From Patescibacteria group bacterium (GTDB taxonomy: Bacteria; Patescibacteriota; Microgenomatia; UBA1400; PJMF01), in contig BOKX01000001.1 of NCBI GenBank assembly GCA_016861205.1, forward strand, positions 392,539 through 456,538: 64,000 nt of DNA, read 5' to 3'. Shown here one piece after another: positions 20,833 through 30,269 of the stretch; the first letter of the stretch is position 1, and each line of letters opens with the position of its first letter. A program made the position numbers and the translations under genes. The notes beneath the pieces are model-generated. The model did not search any database. It was not told where the DNA came from and saw only the letters and a list, made by a program, of their open reading frames with translations.

Positions 20833-21309
20833 ATGTCAGATCTCTTAACCATTCTCGACCAACTTGGCATTGTTAGTACTCGCTATGACCACCCGGCAGT
20901 TTTTACTGTCGCAGATGCAGAAAAGTATGAACGTGGACAGGCTGCCAAAAGTAAAAATTTGTTCCTAAGAGATAAAAAAGGTGCTCGACACTTTCTGGTC
21001 GTGTTGGCTGCCGAGAAACGAGTTGATCTGGCTAAACTGGGAGTAACGTTGAACGTCAAGAACTTGAGTTTCGCTTCACCATCCAGATTACTGCAGTATT
21101 TGCAGTTAACACCTGGTTCAGTTTCACCGTTCGGCCTGATACATGACCGTGACAAGCGTGTCGAAGTTGTTGTCGATCAGAGTTTACTCAAAGAAACCGA
21201 ACAAGGATTTCATCCTAACACCAACACCGCCACTCTCATCATCAGCACTGATGATTTTCTAAAGTTCCTCAGCTGGACAGGTAACAAAATTACGACAGTT
21301 GAGATTTGA
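20833..21309 (+). CDS. YbaK/ProX-family aminoacyl-tRNA deacylase (ProXp-ala/PrdX-like)
   Basis: HPAVFT, SKNLFLRDKK, LSFAS, PGSVSPFG, FHPNTNT. Confidence 0.9.
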   Translation: MSDLLTILDQLGIVSTRYDHPAVFTVADAEKYERGQAAKSKNLFLRDKKGARHFLVVLAAEKRVDLAKLGVTLNVKNLSFASPSRLLQYLQLTPGSVSPFGLIHDRDKRVEVVVDQSLLKETEQGFHPNTNTATLIISTDDFLKFLSWTGNKITTVEI

Positions 21310-21327
21310 TTTCAGCGAGATACGCTT

Positions 21328-22986
21328 TCAAGTTGAGCCGTACAACTTTTCCTGGTACTCTGCCAACATTCTTTTTGCCGAAAACTTCTCGCTCAACTTC
21401 ATGGACGCCTGCATGCGTTTTACCCATTCCTCGGGAATACCGTGTTCGTTGCGGTTGTAAAACATAGGCACAACTTCGGTTTCCAGAACTCGGTAGATAT
21501 CCTGGCTGACGTTTTGGTCACTGAGTGTCCAACCAATCCCCGCCCAGTCAACTTCAGTGGTCCAACCATCAATCGTCGTGCATTGGAGTACTCCATTACT
21601 AATCGCTTTCATGCCAGAGGTACCGCAGGCTTCCCGCCCGGCCTCGGGTGTATTGAGCCATAGGTCTGAACCTTGTGCCAGATGGCGAGCCACATCGAGG
21701 TCATAGTTGGGAATAAACAACGCGTGGCCAGCAAGTTCTGTCTGGAACAGTTGGATAATGCTTTGGAGTTGTTGTTTGCCAGCGGAGTCGTACCGATGGG
21801 CCTTGCCTGACATCAAGATTTGAATTGGCCGATCGAGTTGCTTTACCAACGCCACCAGTCTAGTGATGTCATCAAACAAAGCTCCGAATCGTTTGTACCC
21901 AGCCAGCCGCCTAGCCCAAGTGATGACCAACTGATCTGGGTTGTATCCAAAGCCAGTTCTGTCATGCACAAAGTTGGCGAGGGTCCGCTTGTTTTCGATG
22001 TGTCGACGCCACAAACCAGCGGGATCATTGACCAGACTGGCTGTGGTCGCATCTTGCCAAGTTGGGAGATGGACGCCGTTGGTGATGTTCACCCAAGTGT
22101 AGCCAGGCCAGGTCTTGGCTGACAGGTCCGTGTGCAGTTGACTAACACCCGAAGCCCGCCGCGAGGTGTTGAGTGCAAACCGAGTGACATAAAATCGGTC
22201 AGGATCGTTTTCTTTGCCTGGATCCAAGAGCGTCTCGACACTGATCCCCATTTTCTGGGCGTAGTACGTAGCATAGCGCTTGAGTAAGTGACTGTCATAA
22301 CCTTGGTTACCTGCTGCCACCAAGGTGTGATTCGTGTAAACCGTTTTTTGCTTAGCCTGCTCACGAGCCTCATCAAAATGTAAACCATGATCATCCATGT
22401 ATGAGCGAATTAGTTGCCAGTGCAGAAAAGCAGGTCGCCCCTCTTGCACATGGTACATCGTGGGGTGAATGTCCAAAGCGTGGAGCAGCTTGACTCCACC
22501 GATCCCCAGGATCAGTTGTTGCTTGATAACAGTTTCTTCGGTACCAGCGTACAGTACATGCGTAATACTGCGCTCACTAATTTGGTTTTGGTCGGTGTCA
22601 GTATCTAAGAGATACAACGAAACTTTGTCTGACAAAGTCTTTTTCCAGCATCGTACCCAGACATCGATTTCGGTTAAGTGCACCTTGATGAACAACGGCA
22701 TATCATCCACATACACGTGTTCCAAACCTGCCGCCACCGGATCAAACGGCTGATCAGCTTCCTGCTGCTCGCCCTCTTGAGTCAAAACTTGAATCGCTGC
22801 TTCACCTCGGTACAGCAACCCAATCCCAACCATGGGCACTTGATCATCGGCCGCCTGTTTTAAGGTGTCACCAGCCAAAACGCCGAGTCCACCTGCGTAC
22901 CACGGCAGATAGCTTTCCAAACCAAACTCAGCACAGAAATAAGCAATAGGACCAGTGTGGTGGTCATTCTGAGGAACAGCCGACAT
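21328..22986 (-). CDS. glgP: Alpha-glucan (glycogen) phosphorylase, compact form
   Basis: AYFCAEFG, YAGGLGVLAGD, ITNGVH, ARR..YKR, EACGTSGMK (PLP lysine). Confidence 0.93.
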   Translation of the reverse strand: MSAVPQNDHHTGPIAYFCAEFGLESYLPWYAGGLGVLAGDTLKQAADDQVPMVGIGLLYRGEAAIQVLTQEGEQQEADQPFDPVAAGLEHVYVDDMPLFIKVHLTEIDVWVRCWKKTLSDKVSLYLLDTDTDQNQISERSITHVLYAGTEETVIKQQLILGIGGVKLLHALDIHPTMYHVQEGRPAFLHWQLIRSYMDDHGLHFDEAREQAKQKTVYTNHTLVAAGNQGYDSHLLKRYATYYAQKMGISVETLLDPGKENDPDRFYVTRFALNTSRRASGVSQLHTDLSAKTWPGYTWVNITNGVHLPTWQDATTASLVNDPAGLWRRHIENKRTLANFVHDRTGFGYNPDQLVITWARRLAGYKRFGALFDDITRLVALVKQLDRPIQILMSGKAHRYDSAGKQQLQSIIQLFQTELAGHALFIPNYDLDVARHLAQGSDLWLNTPEAGREACGTSGMKAISNGVLQCTTIDGWTTEVDWAGIGWTLSDQNVSQDIYRVLETEVVPMFYNRNEHGIPEEWVKRMQASMKLSEKFSAKRMLAEYQEKLYGST

Positions 22987-22994
22987 GAACTCTA

Positions 22995-24227
22995 TTATGG
23001 CTGATAAAACACAAACTGACCATCCCGGTACAGTTCGCGGCGCTCACCGGACTTTAAAATCGCCGTCACGGTTCGATCAGTGGTAGTAACAATATCAGTG
23101 TGCTCGGCTGAGTCATTGAATCCCTTGGCCAACCAATCTTCTTTGGTTAGCTTAGTGGCATCACCTCGATAGCAATCTTTGTAGGCCATGCCGACCGCCA
23201 GGTGCATGTTTCCAAACGGACCGCTGATGTTTTCGTCGAACAACGTCTCGGCCATCACGTGGGTAATGCGAGACATTCGCCGATCGGTGAGTGAAAACTC
23301 ACCAACTTTATCGGCGTGTGGACTCTTGAACATTTGATCCAGCAGCGCTTGTCCCTGACTTGCGGTAGCTTTTGTGACTAAGCCGTTGTGAAACTCCAGC
23401 CGCACATCAGCCATAACTTGACCATAGCGATACACCGGCTGATTAAACTTAATCCAGCCTTCAGTGCCACGCCAATCTGGTGAGGTAAAGAACTCGAAAC
23501 TGGGAATGTTCCGGCCGCTGCCACCTTGCCAAATACGATCTTCACCCAGCTTGACTTTCAAGTCCATGTCATCGCCTTTGACTTCCAACCACTCAATTGG
23601 CCAACTATTGAGCTCTTGCTTGATCTCTTCTTGCATCGCCGAGATGCGTTTCCATTCGGTGACAGGGTCAGGGGTATCTAAAAAGCAGGCTTGAATAATC
23701 TGATCCCAATAGGCTTCCAGTGTTAAACCCACCGCTTTGGCTTTGGCTGGCACGCCCCAGAGCGCGAGTGTCCACGTAAACTTGCCATGCGTCTCTTTAT
23801 CTACCAACCACTCCCGGTAACCTTTTTTGGCGTCACGAGCCATGATAATTTTCTCAGGATCTACTTCTTTCAAGTCATAAGGATCAACATCCGCCAAAAC
23901 ACCAATATGATGATCGAGCAACTCGACTTTAGTGCGCAAGTACTTTTCAGGGAAAAATCGGAGCTGGTCGGCGTTGGCCAAAGTAAAGAAGTCTTTGTCA
24001 AAACCGGTCGGCATCAACCGAATCATCGGGTGCGCACCAGCCTCTAACAAGACATTTTGCAGTTGGAGGGCTAACGGTTTAGCCACATCGGGTACTACAC
24101 ACTCAACTACCTCACCGGCTTTGACACCCTGGCCACCGTTTAAGGCGTATAGCACCAGCACTTCGGCGTACTTGCGCAGTAGCTGAATTGGTGGTTGGTA
24201 AGAATCGGCTGACTTTGCTCTAGGCAT
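22995..24227 (-). CDS. Aminopeptidase, M29 family (AmpS/AmpT)
   Basis: NIPSFEFFTSP, GEFSL, TLFDEN, HLAVG, NDSAEHTD; SD GGAGG before ATG 24227. Confidence 0.9.
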   Translation of the reverse strand: MPRAKSADSYQPPIQLLRKYAEVLVLYALNGGQGVKAGEVVECVVPDVAKPLALQLQNVLLEAGAHPMIRLMPTGFDKDFFTLANADQLRFFPEKYLRTKVELLDHHIGVLADVDPYDLKEVDPEKIIMARDAKKGYREWLVDKETHGKFTWTLALWGVPAKAKAVGLTLEAYWDQIIQACFLDTPDPVTEWKRISAMQEEIKQELNSWPIEWLEVKGDDMDLKVKLGEDRIWQGGSGRNIPSFEFFTSPDWRGTEGWIKFNQPVYRYGQVMADVRLEFHNGLVTKATASQGQALLDQMFKSPHADKVGEFSLTDRRMSRITHVMAETLFDENISGPFGNMHLAVGMAYKDCYRGDATKLTKEDWLAKGFNDSAEHTDIVTTTDRTVTAILKSGERRELYRDGQFVFYQP

Positions 24228-24849
24228 AGTGTTCCTCCAAGTAAACTCGTAGCGCATCCAAAGCCCGGCGGCGGTGACTCACTTGTTGCTTGATGGCTGG
24301 TCCCAACTCAGCAAACGTCAGTTGGTTGGCTGGCTGGTCGGGTAAATCCGGGATAAACACCGTATCATAGCCCAAACCTTCAGTCACATCCTGCTCAGCA
24401 ATCTTAGTCGCAATCTGTCCCGTAACTTGGCCTTCAAATAGCTTTGTTTGACCGGTGGTTGCATCAAACAAACACAGCGCTGTCACAAACCGAGCTGACC
24501 GATCAGGATTTCCTTCAGCAGCCAGTTCACTGAGCAAGCGTTGGTTGCGTGCTTCGGCGGTTGGTCCGTAGCGCTTGGCGTGAACACCTGGCTCACCGTG
24601 CAACGCGGTCACTTCTAAACCAGTATCATCCGCAACAGTTAGAACGTGCGCGGCTTGCCCAAAGGCAATAGCTTTTTTGGTGGCGTTGGCGGCCAGAGTC
24701 TGGCCATCTTCCACGACATCCAGACTGGCTACCGCCGGCACCTGACTCGGCACCAGCACCTCCCAGCCTAAGGGACGGAGGAGCTGCGACAACTCTTCCG
24801 CTTTGCCTCGATTGTGAGTAGCGAGCAACAGGGTGTGTTTTTTGGCCAC
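24220..24849 (-). CDS. rdgB: Non-canonical purine NTP pyrophosphatase (RdgB/HAM1)
   Basis: ATHNRGK, ADDTGL, G.PGV, GYD.VF, SHR. Confidence 0.93.
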   Translation of the reverse strand: MAKKHTLLLATHNRGKAEELSQLLRPLGWEVLVPSQVPAVASLDVVEDGQTLAANATKKAIAFGQAAHVLTVADDTGLEVTALHGEPGVHAKRYGPTAEARNQRLLSELAAEGNPDRSARFVTALCLFDATTGQTKLFEGQVTGQIATKIAEQDVTEGLGYDTVFIPDLPDQPANQLTFAELGPAIKQQVSHRRRALDALRVYLEEHYA

Positions 24850-24852
24850 GAA

Positions 24853-25143
24853 TTATTCGGCTTTATTGCCGCCCATCATGCCTGCCAAACCACCAGTCAT
24901 TTCCTGGAGTTTTTTGGCGGCTAGTTCTTGAGACTTTTTGATGGCTTTGTTGAGAACGTCGATGGCGTCTTGACTGGTGATACCCTGCACTGAAAAAGCT
25001 TTGATTTTCTGGTCACCAGAAATCACAACTCGGATATCGCCTTCTTCAACTACGATTTCTTCAGCAGCTAACTGTTGCTGCATCTGCTTAGCTTGTTGGC
25101 GGAGTTGATTGAGATCGCCCAACGCTTTAAATGGATTTGCCAT
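24853..25143 (-). CDS. ybaB: YbaB/EbfC nucleoid-associated protein
   Basis: QAKQMQQQL...V.ISGDQ; directly downstream of dnaX; SD AAGGAG. Confidence 0.85.
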   Translation of the reverse strand: MANPFKALGDLNQLRQQAKQMQQQLAAEEIVVEEGDIRVVISGDQKIKAFSVQGITSQDAIDVLNKAIKKSQELAAKKLQEMTGGLAGMMGGNKAE

Positions 25144-25232
25144 GTGACTCCTTTACAACTAACTCTAGGCGGCATTGTACTAGAACCCATCCCATAATGC
25201 CAGATTTGAATAGCTAAGACCTAATAAAACCA

Positions 25233-26879
25233 CTACGTTAACACATCTGCCACCAACGTATTAAGCGCCGCTTGCGGGTCGGCTCCATCTGGAACGGATA
25301 TCGGCGGCGTCTCGAGGATAAACTCCACTGGCACCAAAGTGCCAATTAGTTCATGGATTGATTCATCAACCATTTTCTTAAATTTTGGTTGTTGCAGCTG
25401 TTCTTGATGAAATCGATAAAAGACGCAAATCTGGGCCTGGCCTTGCTGTCCCAGCTGCGGTCGAGCTGAACCCAAGATGGCCGCCAGTGAAGAGTTGCGT
25501 TGCTTAACACCAGTGATGAACTCTTGCCATTTATTCAGTAACTTAGCACTCACTTCAGGATCAGGTTGAATCAGGTCGTCACTAATTAGTGTTGGCGGCA
25601 CCACCTCAGTTTCTGGTGAAACATCTGGCGCTTCCAACTTGGGGCTCGGGGAGGTAACTAAGGATGACTCTGATGAAACCTCAGTCACTACTCGATCGAC
25701 TACTGACTTGGCAGCTGGCTCAGGTTTGGCAACTGCCTTGGCGGCAGTTTTCCCACCAGAAGTGGTTGGGCCTTCACTTCCACGCTGTTTATCTTTCGCG
25801 CGAAAGACAAGCTCAAGACACTTTAGCTCCAACGCTAACAAAACAATGGGTGAGTTTGCCGCCAGCTCAACCTGTGAAAACTCTTGCAACAAGAAAACTA
25901 ACACCCGCTCAGTGTAAGGTGCCTGACCCTGCTCCACACCGAGGGCTTGCATCAACTGGGCATGCAACCGCAACACTACCATTTTCTCAACCAAACCAGC
26001 TGGCAAGCCTCTCGACCGCCAGGTTTGACAAATCTCAACGACTTTGGCTTCTTCTTTATGGACCACCGCCGCCACCAATTGATCTATTTCTTGACCAAGT
26101 GTGCCTACTAATCGCTGGCTGACAGCCTCTAGAGTTAAACCGCCTAGTTCACTCGACAACTGTTCTGCTAACTTCACAGCATCACGGAAGCTACCATCAG
26201 CTTGTTCTGCTATTAGGGACAAAGCTCCAGTTTCAGTCTTCACTCCTTCGGCTTTGGTAATACCTTGCAGAGCGGTAACTAACTCGTCGATGGTGGCTTT
26301 GCTAAATTGAATCAAAGTGCATCGAGAAACTACGGTGGCTGGCAACTTGTGTAACTCTGTCGTAGCCAAAATAAACATGACATGGGCTGGCGGTTCTTCG
26401 AGCAGTTTGAGGAGGGCATTAAATGCCTCCGTGGTCAGCATGTGCACTTCATCAAGAATCACGACCGATACAGCACCTTCTGTTGGTGGGACCGCAACTC
26501 GTTCCTTGAGAGCACGAACATCATCAATACCTCGATGACTTGCGGCATCGAGTTCTTGAACATTGAAAGCCTGACCGGTTTTGATCCGACTAACGAGTGG
26601 ATCATCATAGTCTGGTTCGCTCAGCGGTCGCGGGCTGACGGGGGCTGTGGTTTTGGCTGCTGAAAACTGCGCTGTGACCTGCTCGGCGTTGCTCGGAGTA
26701 TTGACCAAAGCTGCCAAAATACGGGCAGTAGATGTCTTTCCTGTACCCTTAGGACCAGCAAACAACCAAACTTGCGGGAGTTTGCCATTCTGCAACAGTC
26801 GCTGCAACTGCTCCCGCACAGAAGTTAGGTGCAGTTGGTCGACTTTAGCTGGTCGATAGGTTCGGTACCAAGCGCTCAT
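25233..26879 (-). CDS. dnaX: DNA polymerase III subunit gamma/tau
   Basis: YRTYRP, GPKGTGKTS, ELDAAS, DEVHML, NALLKLLEEPP, SRC. Confidence 0.95.
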   Translation of the reverse strand: MSAWYRTYRPAKVDQLHLTSVREQLQRLLQNGKLPQVWLFAGPKGTGKTSTARILAALVNTPSNAEQVTAQFSAAKTTAPVSPRPLSEPDYDDPLVSRIKTGQAFNVQELDAASHRGIDDVRALKERVAVPPTEGAVSVVILDEVHMLTTEAFNALLKLLEEPPAHVMFILATTELHKLPATVVSRCTLIQFSKATIDELVTALQGITKAEGVKTETGALSLIAEQADGSFRDAVKLAEQLSSELGGLTLEAVSQRLVGTLGQEIDQLVAAVVHKEEAKVVEICQTWRSRGLPAGLVEKMVVLRLHAQLMQALGVEQGQAPYTERVLVFLLQEFSQVELAANSPIVLLALELKCLELVFRAKDKQRGSEGPTTSGGKTAAKAVAKPEPAAKSVVDRVVTEVSSESSLVTSPSPKLEAPDVSPETEVVPPTLISDDLIQPDPEVSAKLLNKWQEFITGVKQRNSSLAAILGSARPQLGQQGQAQICVFYRFHQEQLQQPKFKKMVDESIHELIGTLVPVEFILETPPISVPDGADPQAALNTLVADVLT

Positions 26880-26897
26880 AGTTCAATCAAACCCTAA

Positions 26898-27287
26898 CTA
26901 CTCATGGTGATAGCCCAATAAGTGCATGAGGCCATGTTCCAAGTAAAAACAAATTTGGTCATCAACCAGTTTACCAAACCGTTTGGCGGACCGGACGGCC
27001 TCAGGGAAACTGATCACGATGTCCCCCAAGTGAGGTGGGACTCCACTCGGCAACGGAAAGTCATCAAGTTGGTGCCGCTCGTGTTGGGGAAAGGACAGCA
27101 CATCAGTTTCACCTTCGTGCTTCAGTTGCGACTCATTGAGTTCTTTAATTTTGCGCGCACCAACCACTGAGACATCAACCTGAGCGTGAGTTACCCCATG
27201 TTCGGCTAAAACGCGCTCGACGGTGGACCGTAACTTGCGTCGATTGACGCTAAACCGAGACCCAACTGAAACGTTCGTCACAATCAT
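26898..27287 (-). CDS. ybeY: rRNA maturation endoribonuclease YbeY
   Basis: TDVLSFP, LGDIVIS, HGLMHLLGYHH. Confidence 0.93.
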   Translation of the reverse strand: MIVTNVSVGSRFSVNRRKLRSTVERVLAEHGVTHAQVDVSVVGARKIKELNESQLKHEGETDVLSFPQHERHQLDDFPLPSGVPPHLGDIVISFPEAVRSAKRFGKLVDDQICFYLEHGLMHLLGYHHE

Positions 27288-27294
27288 AAAAACC

Positions 27295-27558
27295 TCATGA
27301 CACTTGGCGATCTAGTTCTGCCTGTAACTGGGCAGCAGTGGCATTAATATGATCGCTAATTTGCAGTGTAATACCTGGCAACAAACTTTCCAACCAGGGC
27401 AATAGGTCGGCTGGTGGCTGGGCAATGCCTTCACACACTTGCTGCACAAGTTGCAACTGAGCCGCATCAAGCTGGCCAGCTTCAGCGGCTTTGAGTGCAG
27501 CTTGCATAATAGTGTCTTTGGCCAAGGCACCAAAAGTGGCGGCTACGACATTAACCAT
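27295..27558 (-). CDS. Small hypothetical protein (87 aa)
   Basis: SD GGAGGAG 10 nt before ATG 27558; co-oriented within the operon. Confidence 0.55.
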   Translation of the reverse strand: MVNVVAATFGALAKDTIMQAALKAAEAGQLDAAQLQLVQQVCEGIAQPPADLLPWLESLLPGITLQISDHINATAAQLQAELDRQVS

Positions 27559-27721
27559 TTTGGTCTGTCTCCTCCATCGCACCTAAGTCATATAACTGGC
27601 GCGCCGTATCTGTCAGTGATAATTGGTCAGGACCAAGTGTTTCCCAAAAGATGGCATCTTCGACCATGGCTCGTGGAGTTTCAAGTTCAGCTGGTGGGAT
27701 CATTGGGCTGGTTTCAATCAT
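27551..27721 (-). CDS. Small acidic hypothetical protein (56 aa, absent from ORF track): MIETSPMIPPAELETPRAMVEDAIFWETLGPDQLSLTDTARQLYDLGAMEETDQNG
   Basis: SD AAGGAG just before ATG; fills the gap between neighbours; stop overlaps the next start. Confidence 0.55.
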   Translation of the reverse strand: MIETSPMIPPAELETPRAMVEDAIFWETLGPDQLSLTDTARQLYDLGAMEETDQNG

Positions 27722-27734
27722 AGGCTCCTTGCAG

Positions 27735-28685
27735 TTATGACTCCAAGTTCGGGGCTTCTAAGTTAATCGGCCCTAACGGAATTTGGTTGGCAGGATCATC
27801 GACAAAGTACAACAGGACGCGACCTCGGCTGGCCTTACTCCAGATTCTACCTTCCCGGATCACTTCTGGCGAGCCGCCAAACTGTTTCTTAACCCACAAG
27901 GCCGGTCCGGCGTCACCGACTACGCCAACAACCGCCACTTTTTCGGCCGGGTTGACCACCACCATTTTACGGAACTTGTACCACTCCTTCAAGTAAGGGT
28001 GGTCAGTGTTCCAGTTCGGTAAATACAACGTCTGCACTGCAAAGTAATACTTCTCTCGCTGGATGGCTTCGGCGGTTAATTGGCCTTGGTCGGTAAACCA
28101 ACCAAATGCCCCTCGATTAGGAGCAATCCCAGACTCCTGATATGCGTCATGTTGGTCAATCCCATCTCCTGGGAAACGCTTCAAATGTTGTTCCCCGCCC
28201 ATAATGCCTAAGCTGTGATTGAGTCGGTTGCCATCTAGTTCGGCGGCAACAGGAAAACCCAGAATATCACTCAACTGTTGCTCAATGTACAACTCTTCTG
28301 ATCGCTCCAGGTGGCCGGGTGCTTGGTGCACAGCCTGATCCAGTTTGGCCATAATCGAGTCAAATTCTTCTTGGCTCATTTGATTCAGTTCGCTAGCGGC
28401 TGGAGTAGCCACCTGTCCACTTTGACCAGCACTGGCGACAACTTGGGCTCTGACTTGCTCAAGACTTGGCAATGGACTAGGGTTCTGCATGGCAATCGTG
28501 CCAGCGAGCGAAGCTGCAGCCAAAGCCTGCTGTGAAGTTTGGCGCAGTTTTTCAAGCTGAGCGGTGTGCTGGCTCAACCAAGCATTGACCTTTTGAGAGG
28601 TGCTTTGGTACTGTTGGCGCGCCGCGCTATACCACTGTGTGGTCAGTTTTTGGGGTAGTGGTTTTTGCACTGGGGCAGCCATCAT
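27735..28685 (-). CDS. Hypothetical protein with possible RlpA-like double-psi beta-barrel C-terminus
   Basis: KMVVVNPAEKVAVVGVVGDAGP resembles RlpA V.V.N..N...V.V...DRGP. Confidence 0.5.
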   Translation of the reverse strand: MMAAPVQKPLPQKLTTQWYSAARQQYQSTSQKVNAWLSQHTAQLEKLRQTSQQALAAASLAGTIAMQNPSPLPSLEQVRAQVVASAGQSGQVATPAASELNQMSQEEFDSIMAKLDQAVHQAPGHLERSEELYIEQQLSDILGFPVAAELDGNRLNHSLGIMGGEQHLKRFPGDGIDQHDAYQESGIAPNRGAFGWFTDQGQLTAEAIQREKYYFAVQTLYLPNWNTDHPYLKEWYKFRKMVVVNPAEKVAVVGVVGDAGPALWVKKQFGGSPEVIREGRIWSKASRGRVLLYFVDDPANQIPLGPINLEAPNLES

Positions 28686-28770
28686 AAACGTCTGTAGCTA
28701 TTGGCAGTCGTACTTCAGTGTAGCAAGAAAACCTGTCCTTCACTAGTTGGGGCAATCCATGTACCGGACA

Positions 28771-30228
28771 TTACAGCTGCGTGGCTGCTTCCAGGCGGCT
28801 GAGCACTTCACTCTGACCAATGATGGCCATAGTCTCGAAGAGAGGTGGTGTAGCGGTTCGACCAGTTACAGCTACTCTCAGCATCATGAAGTACTGGCTC
28901 TTCGGCCAGTTGTGTTGGGCTTGTAGATCTCGAATACAGTTTTCCAGCTGGCTACTTTCCCAAGTGGTTAGTGCACGTAAGGCCGCCGAAGTTGTTTGCA
29001 ACTGTTCAGCAACTACCGCTGGCTCGGCTTTCTTGTGTAGTAAGGTTGGGTCAACAGTGACTGGCCGATAGAAGAAACTGGTTAATTCCTCAATCTCTCC
29101 CAGTCTCTCTAGACGCTCTGCCACCAGACTGATAATACGGTCTGTTTGAGCCGCAGGGAAATCTGTGGGCAAGAACGGTGTTAAGCGTTGTTTTAACTCA
29201 GTTGGCGACAGCTTGCGAATGTACATCCCATTGATCCATCGCAACTTTGCCAAGTCAAACACTACTGACTTAGCGCTGATTTCAGCTGGATCAAACTCTT
29301 GGATGTACTCGTCCAAGGTCAGAATTTCGCGCTGGTCCTTTGGTGTCCAGCCCAAAATCATGAAGAAGTTGAGCATGGCTTCCGGCAAGAAACCGTCATC
29401 CAAAAACGACTGGGCAGCCACGGTGCCTTTGCGTTTGCTCATCTTGCCTTTGCCGTCTGGGTTGAGGAAAACTGGAATGTGTGCGTAAATCGGTGGCTGC
29501 CAGCCAAAGGCTTGGTACAGCAACATATGCTTCGGTGTGGAACTAATCCACTCTTCACCGCGCATGACGTGTGTAATCTGCATCTCATAGTCATCAACGA
29601 CCACTCCCAAGTGGTAGGTCGGGAAACCATCAGACTTGAGCAAAACCTGGTCATCAACACTGTTCGAAGCCACTTCAATTTCGCCTCGAATCAGATCGGT
29701 AAACCGAATGGTCTCATTCTCTGGCACTGCCAGCCGAATCACATAGCTCTCACCAGCCTCAACACGTCGTAAGGCCTCAGCCGGATCAAGGTGACGACAG
29801 TGCTTGTCATACATTGGTGGTTGATTGGCAGCTCGTTGGGCTTCTCGGATCCGTTCCAATCGCTCTGAGGTACAGAAACAGTAGTAAGCCTGACCTTTGG
29901 CCACCAGCTCTTCAGCTTTTGCTTTATAGAGCGGTAGGCGCTCTGACTGGGTGTAAGGCGCATACGGGCCACCTTTGTCCGGACCCTCGTCCCAGTCCAA
30001 GCCGTAGGCTTTAATAACTGACATGATGCGCTCAACAGCGCCCTCAACTTTGCGTTCCTGATCAGTATCCTCAATCCGCAGCACAAACTGGCCACCATGC
30101 TTCTTGGCGAACGCGTAGTTCTTGAGGAGTGTAGCGATGTGGCCGACATGGTACTCACCAGTTGGGCTGGGAGCCATCCGAGTTCGCACCGGTCGTGAAG
30201 AAGTTGAAGCTGACGTTGAGTTCGACAT
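28771..30228 (-). CDS. gltX: Glutamate--tRNA ligase
   Basis: RMAPSPTG, HVGH, LRIEDTD, YYCFC, RGEEW, KMSKR. Confidence 0.97.
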   Translation of the reverse strand: MSNSTSASTSSRPVRTRMAPSPTGEYHVGHIATLLKNYAFAKKHGGQFVLRIEDTDQERKVEGAVERIMSVIKAYGLDWDEGPDKGGPYAPYTQSERLPLYKAKAEELVAKGQAYYCFCTSERLERIREAQRAANQPPMYDKHCRHLDPAEALRRVEAGESYVIRLAVPENETIRFTDLIRGEIEVASNSVDDQVLLKSDGFPTYHLGVVVDDYEMQITHVMRGEEWISSTPKHMLLYQAFGWQPPIYAHIPVFLNPDGKGKMSKRKGTVAAQSFLDDGFLPEAMLNFFMILGWTPKDQREILTLDEYIQEFDPAEISAKSVVFDLAKLRWINGMYIRKLSPTELKQRLTPFLPTDFPAAQTDRIISLVAERLERLGEIEELTSFFYRPVTVDPTLLHKKAEPAVVAEQLQTTSAALRALTTWESSQLENCIRDLQAQHNWPKSQYFMMLRVAVTGRTATPPLFETMAIIGQSEVLSRLEAATQL

Positions 30229-30269
30229 ATCTAGAGGTAATTATACCAGGCAAAGAACGGTTTTGACGC

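Noticed and set aside
20752-21330. tRNA-Gln as an integration site
   Set aside because: No integrase and no duplicate of the tRNA 3' end seen in the window.
25233-26879. Programmed frameshift producing a gamma subunit from dnaX
   Set aside because: No A-AAA-AAG slippery site or long A-run seen at the expected position.
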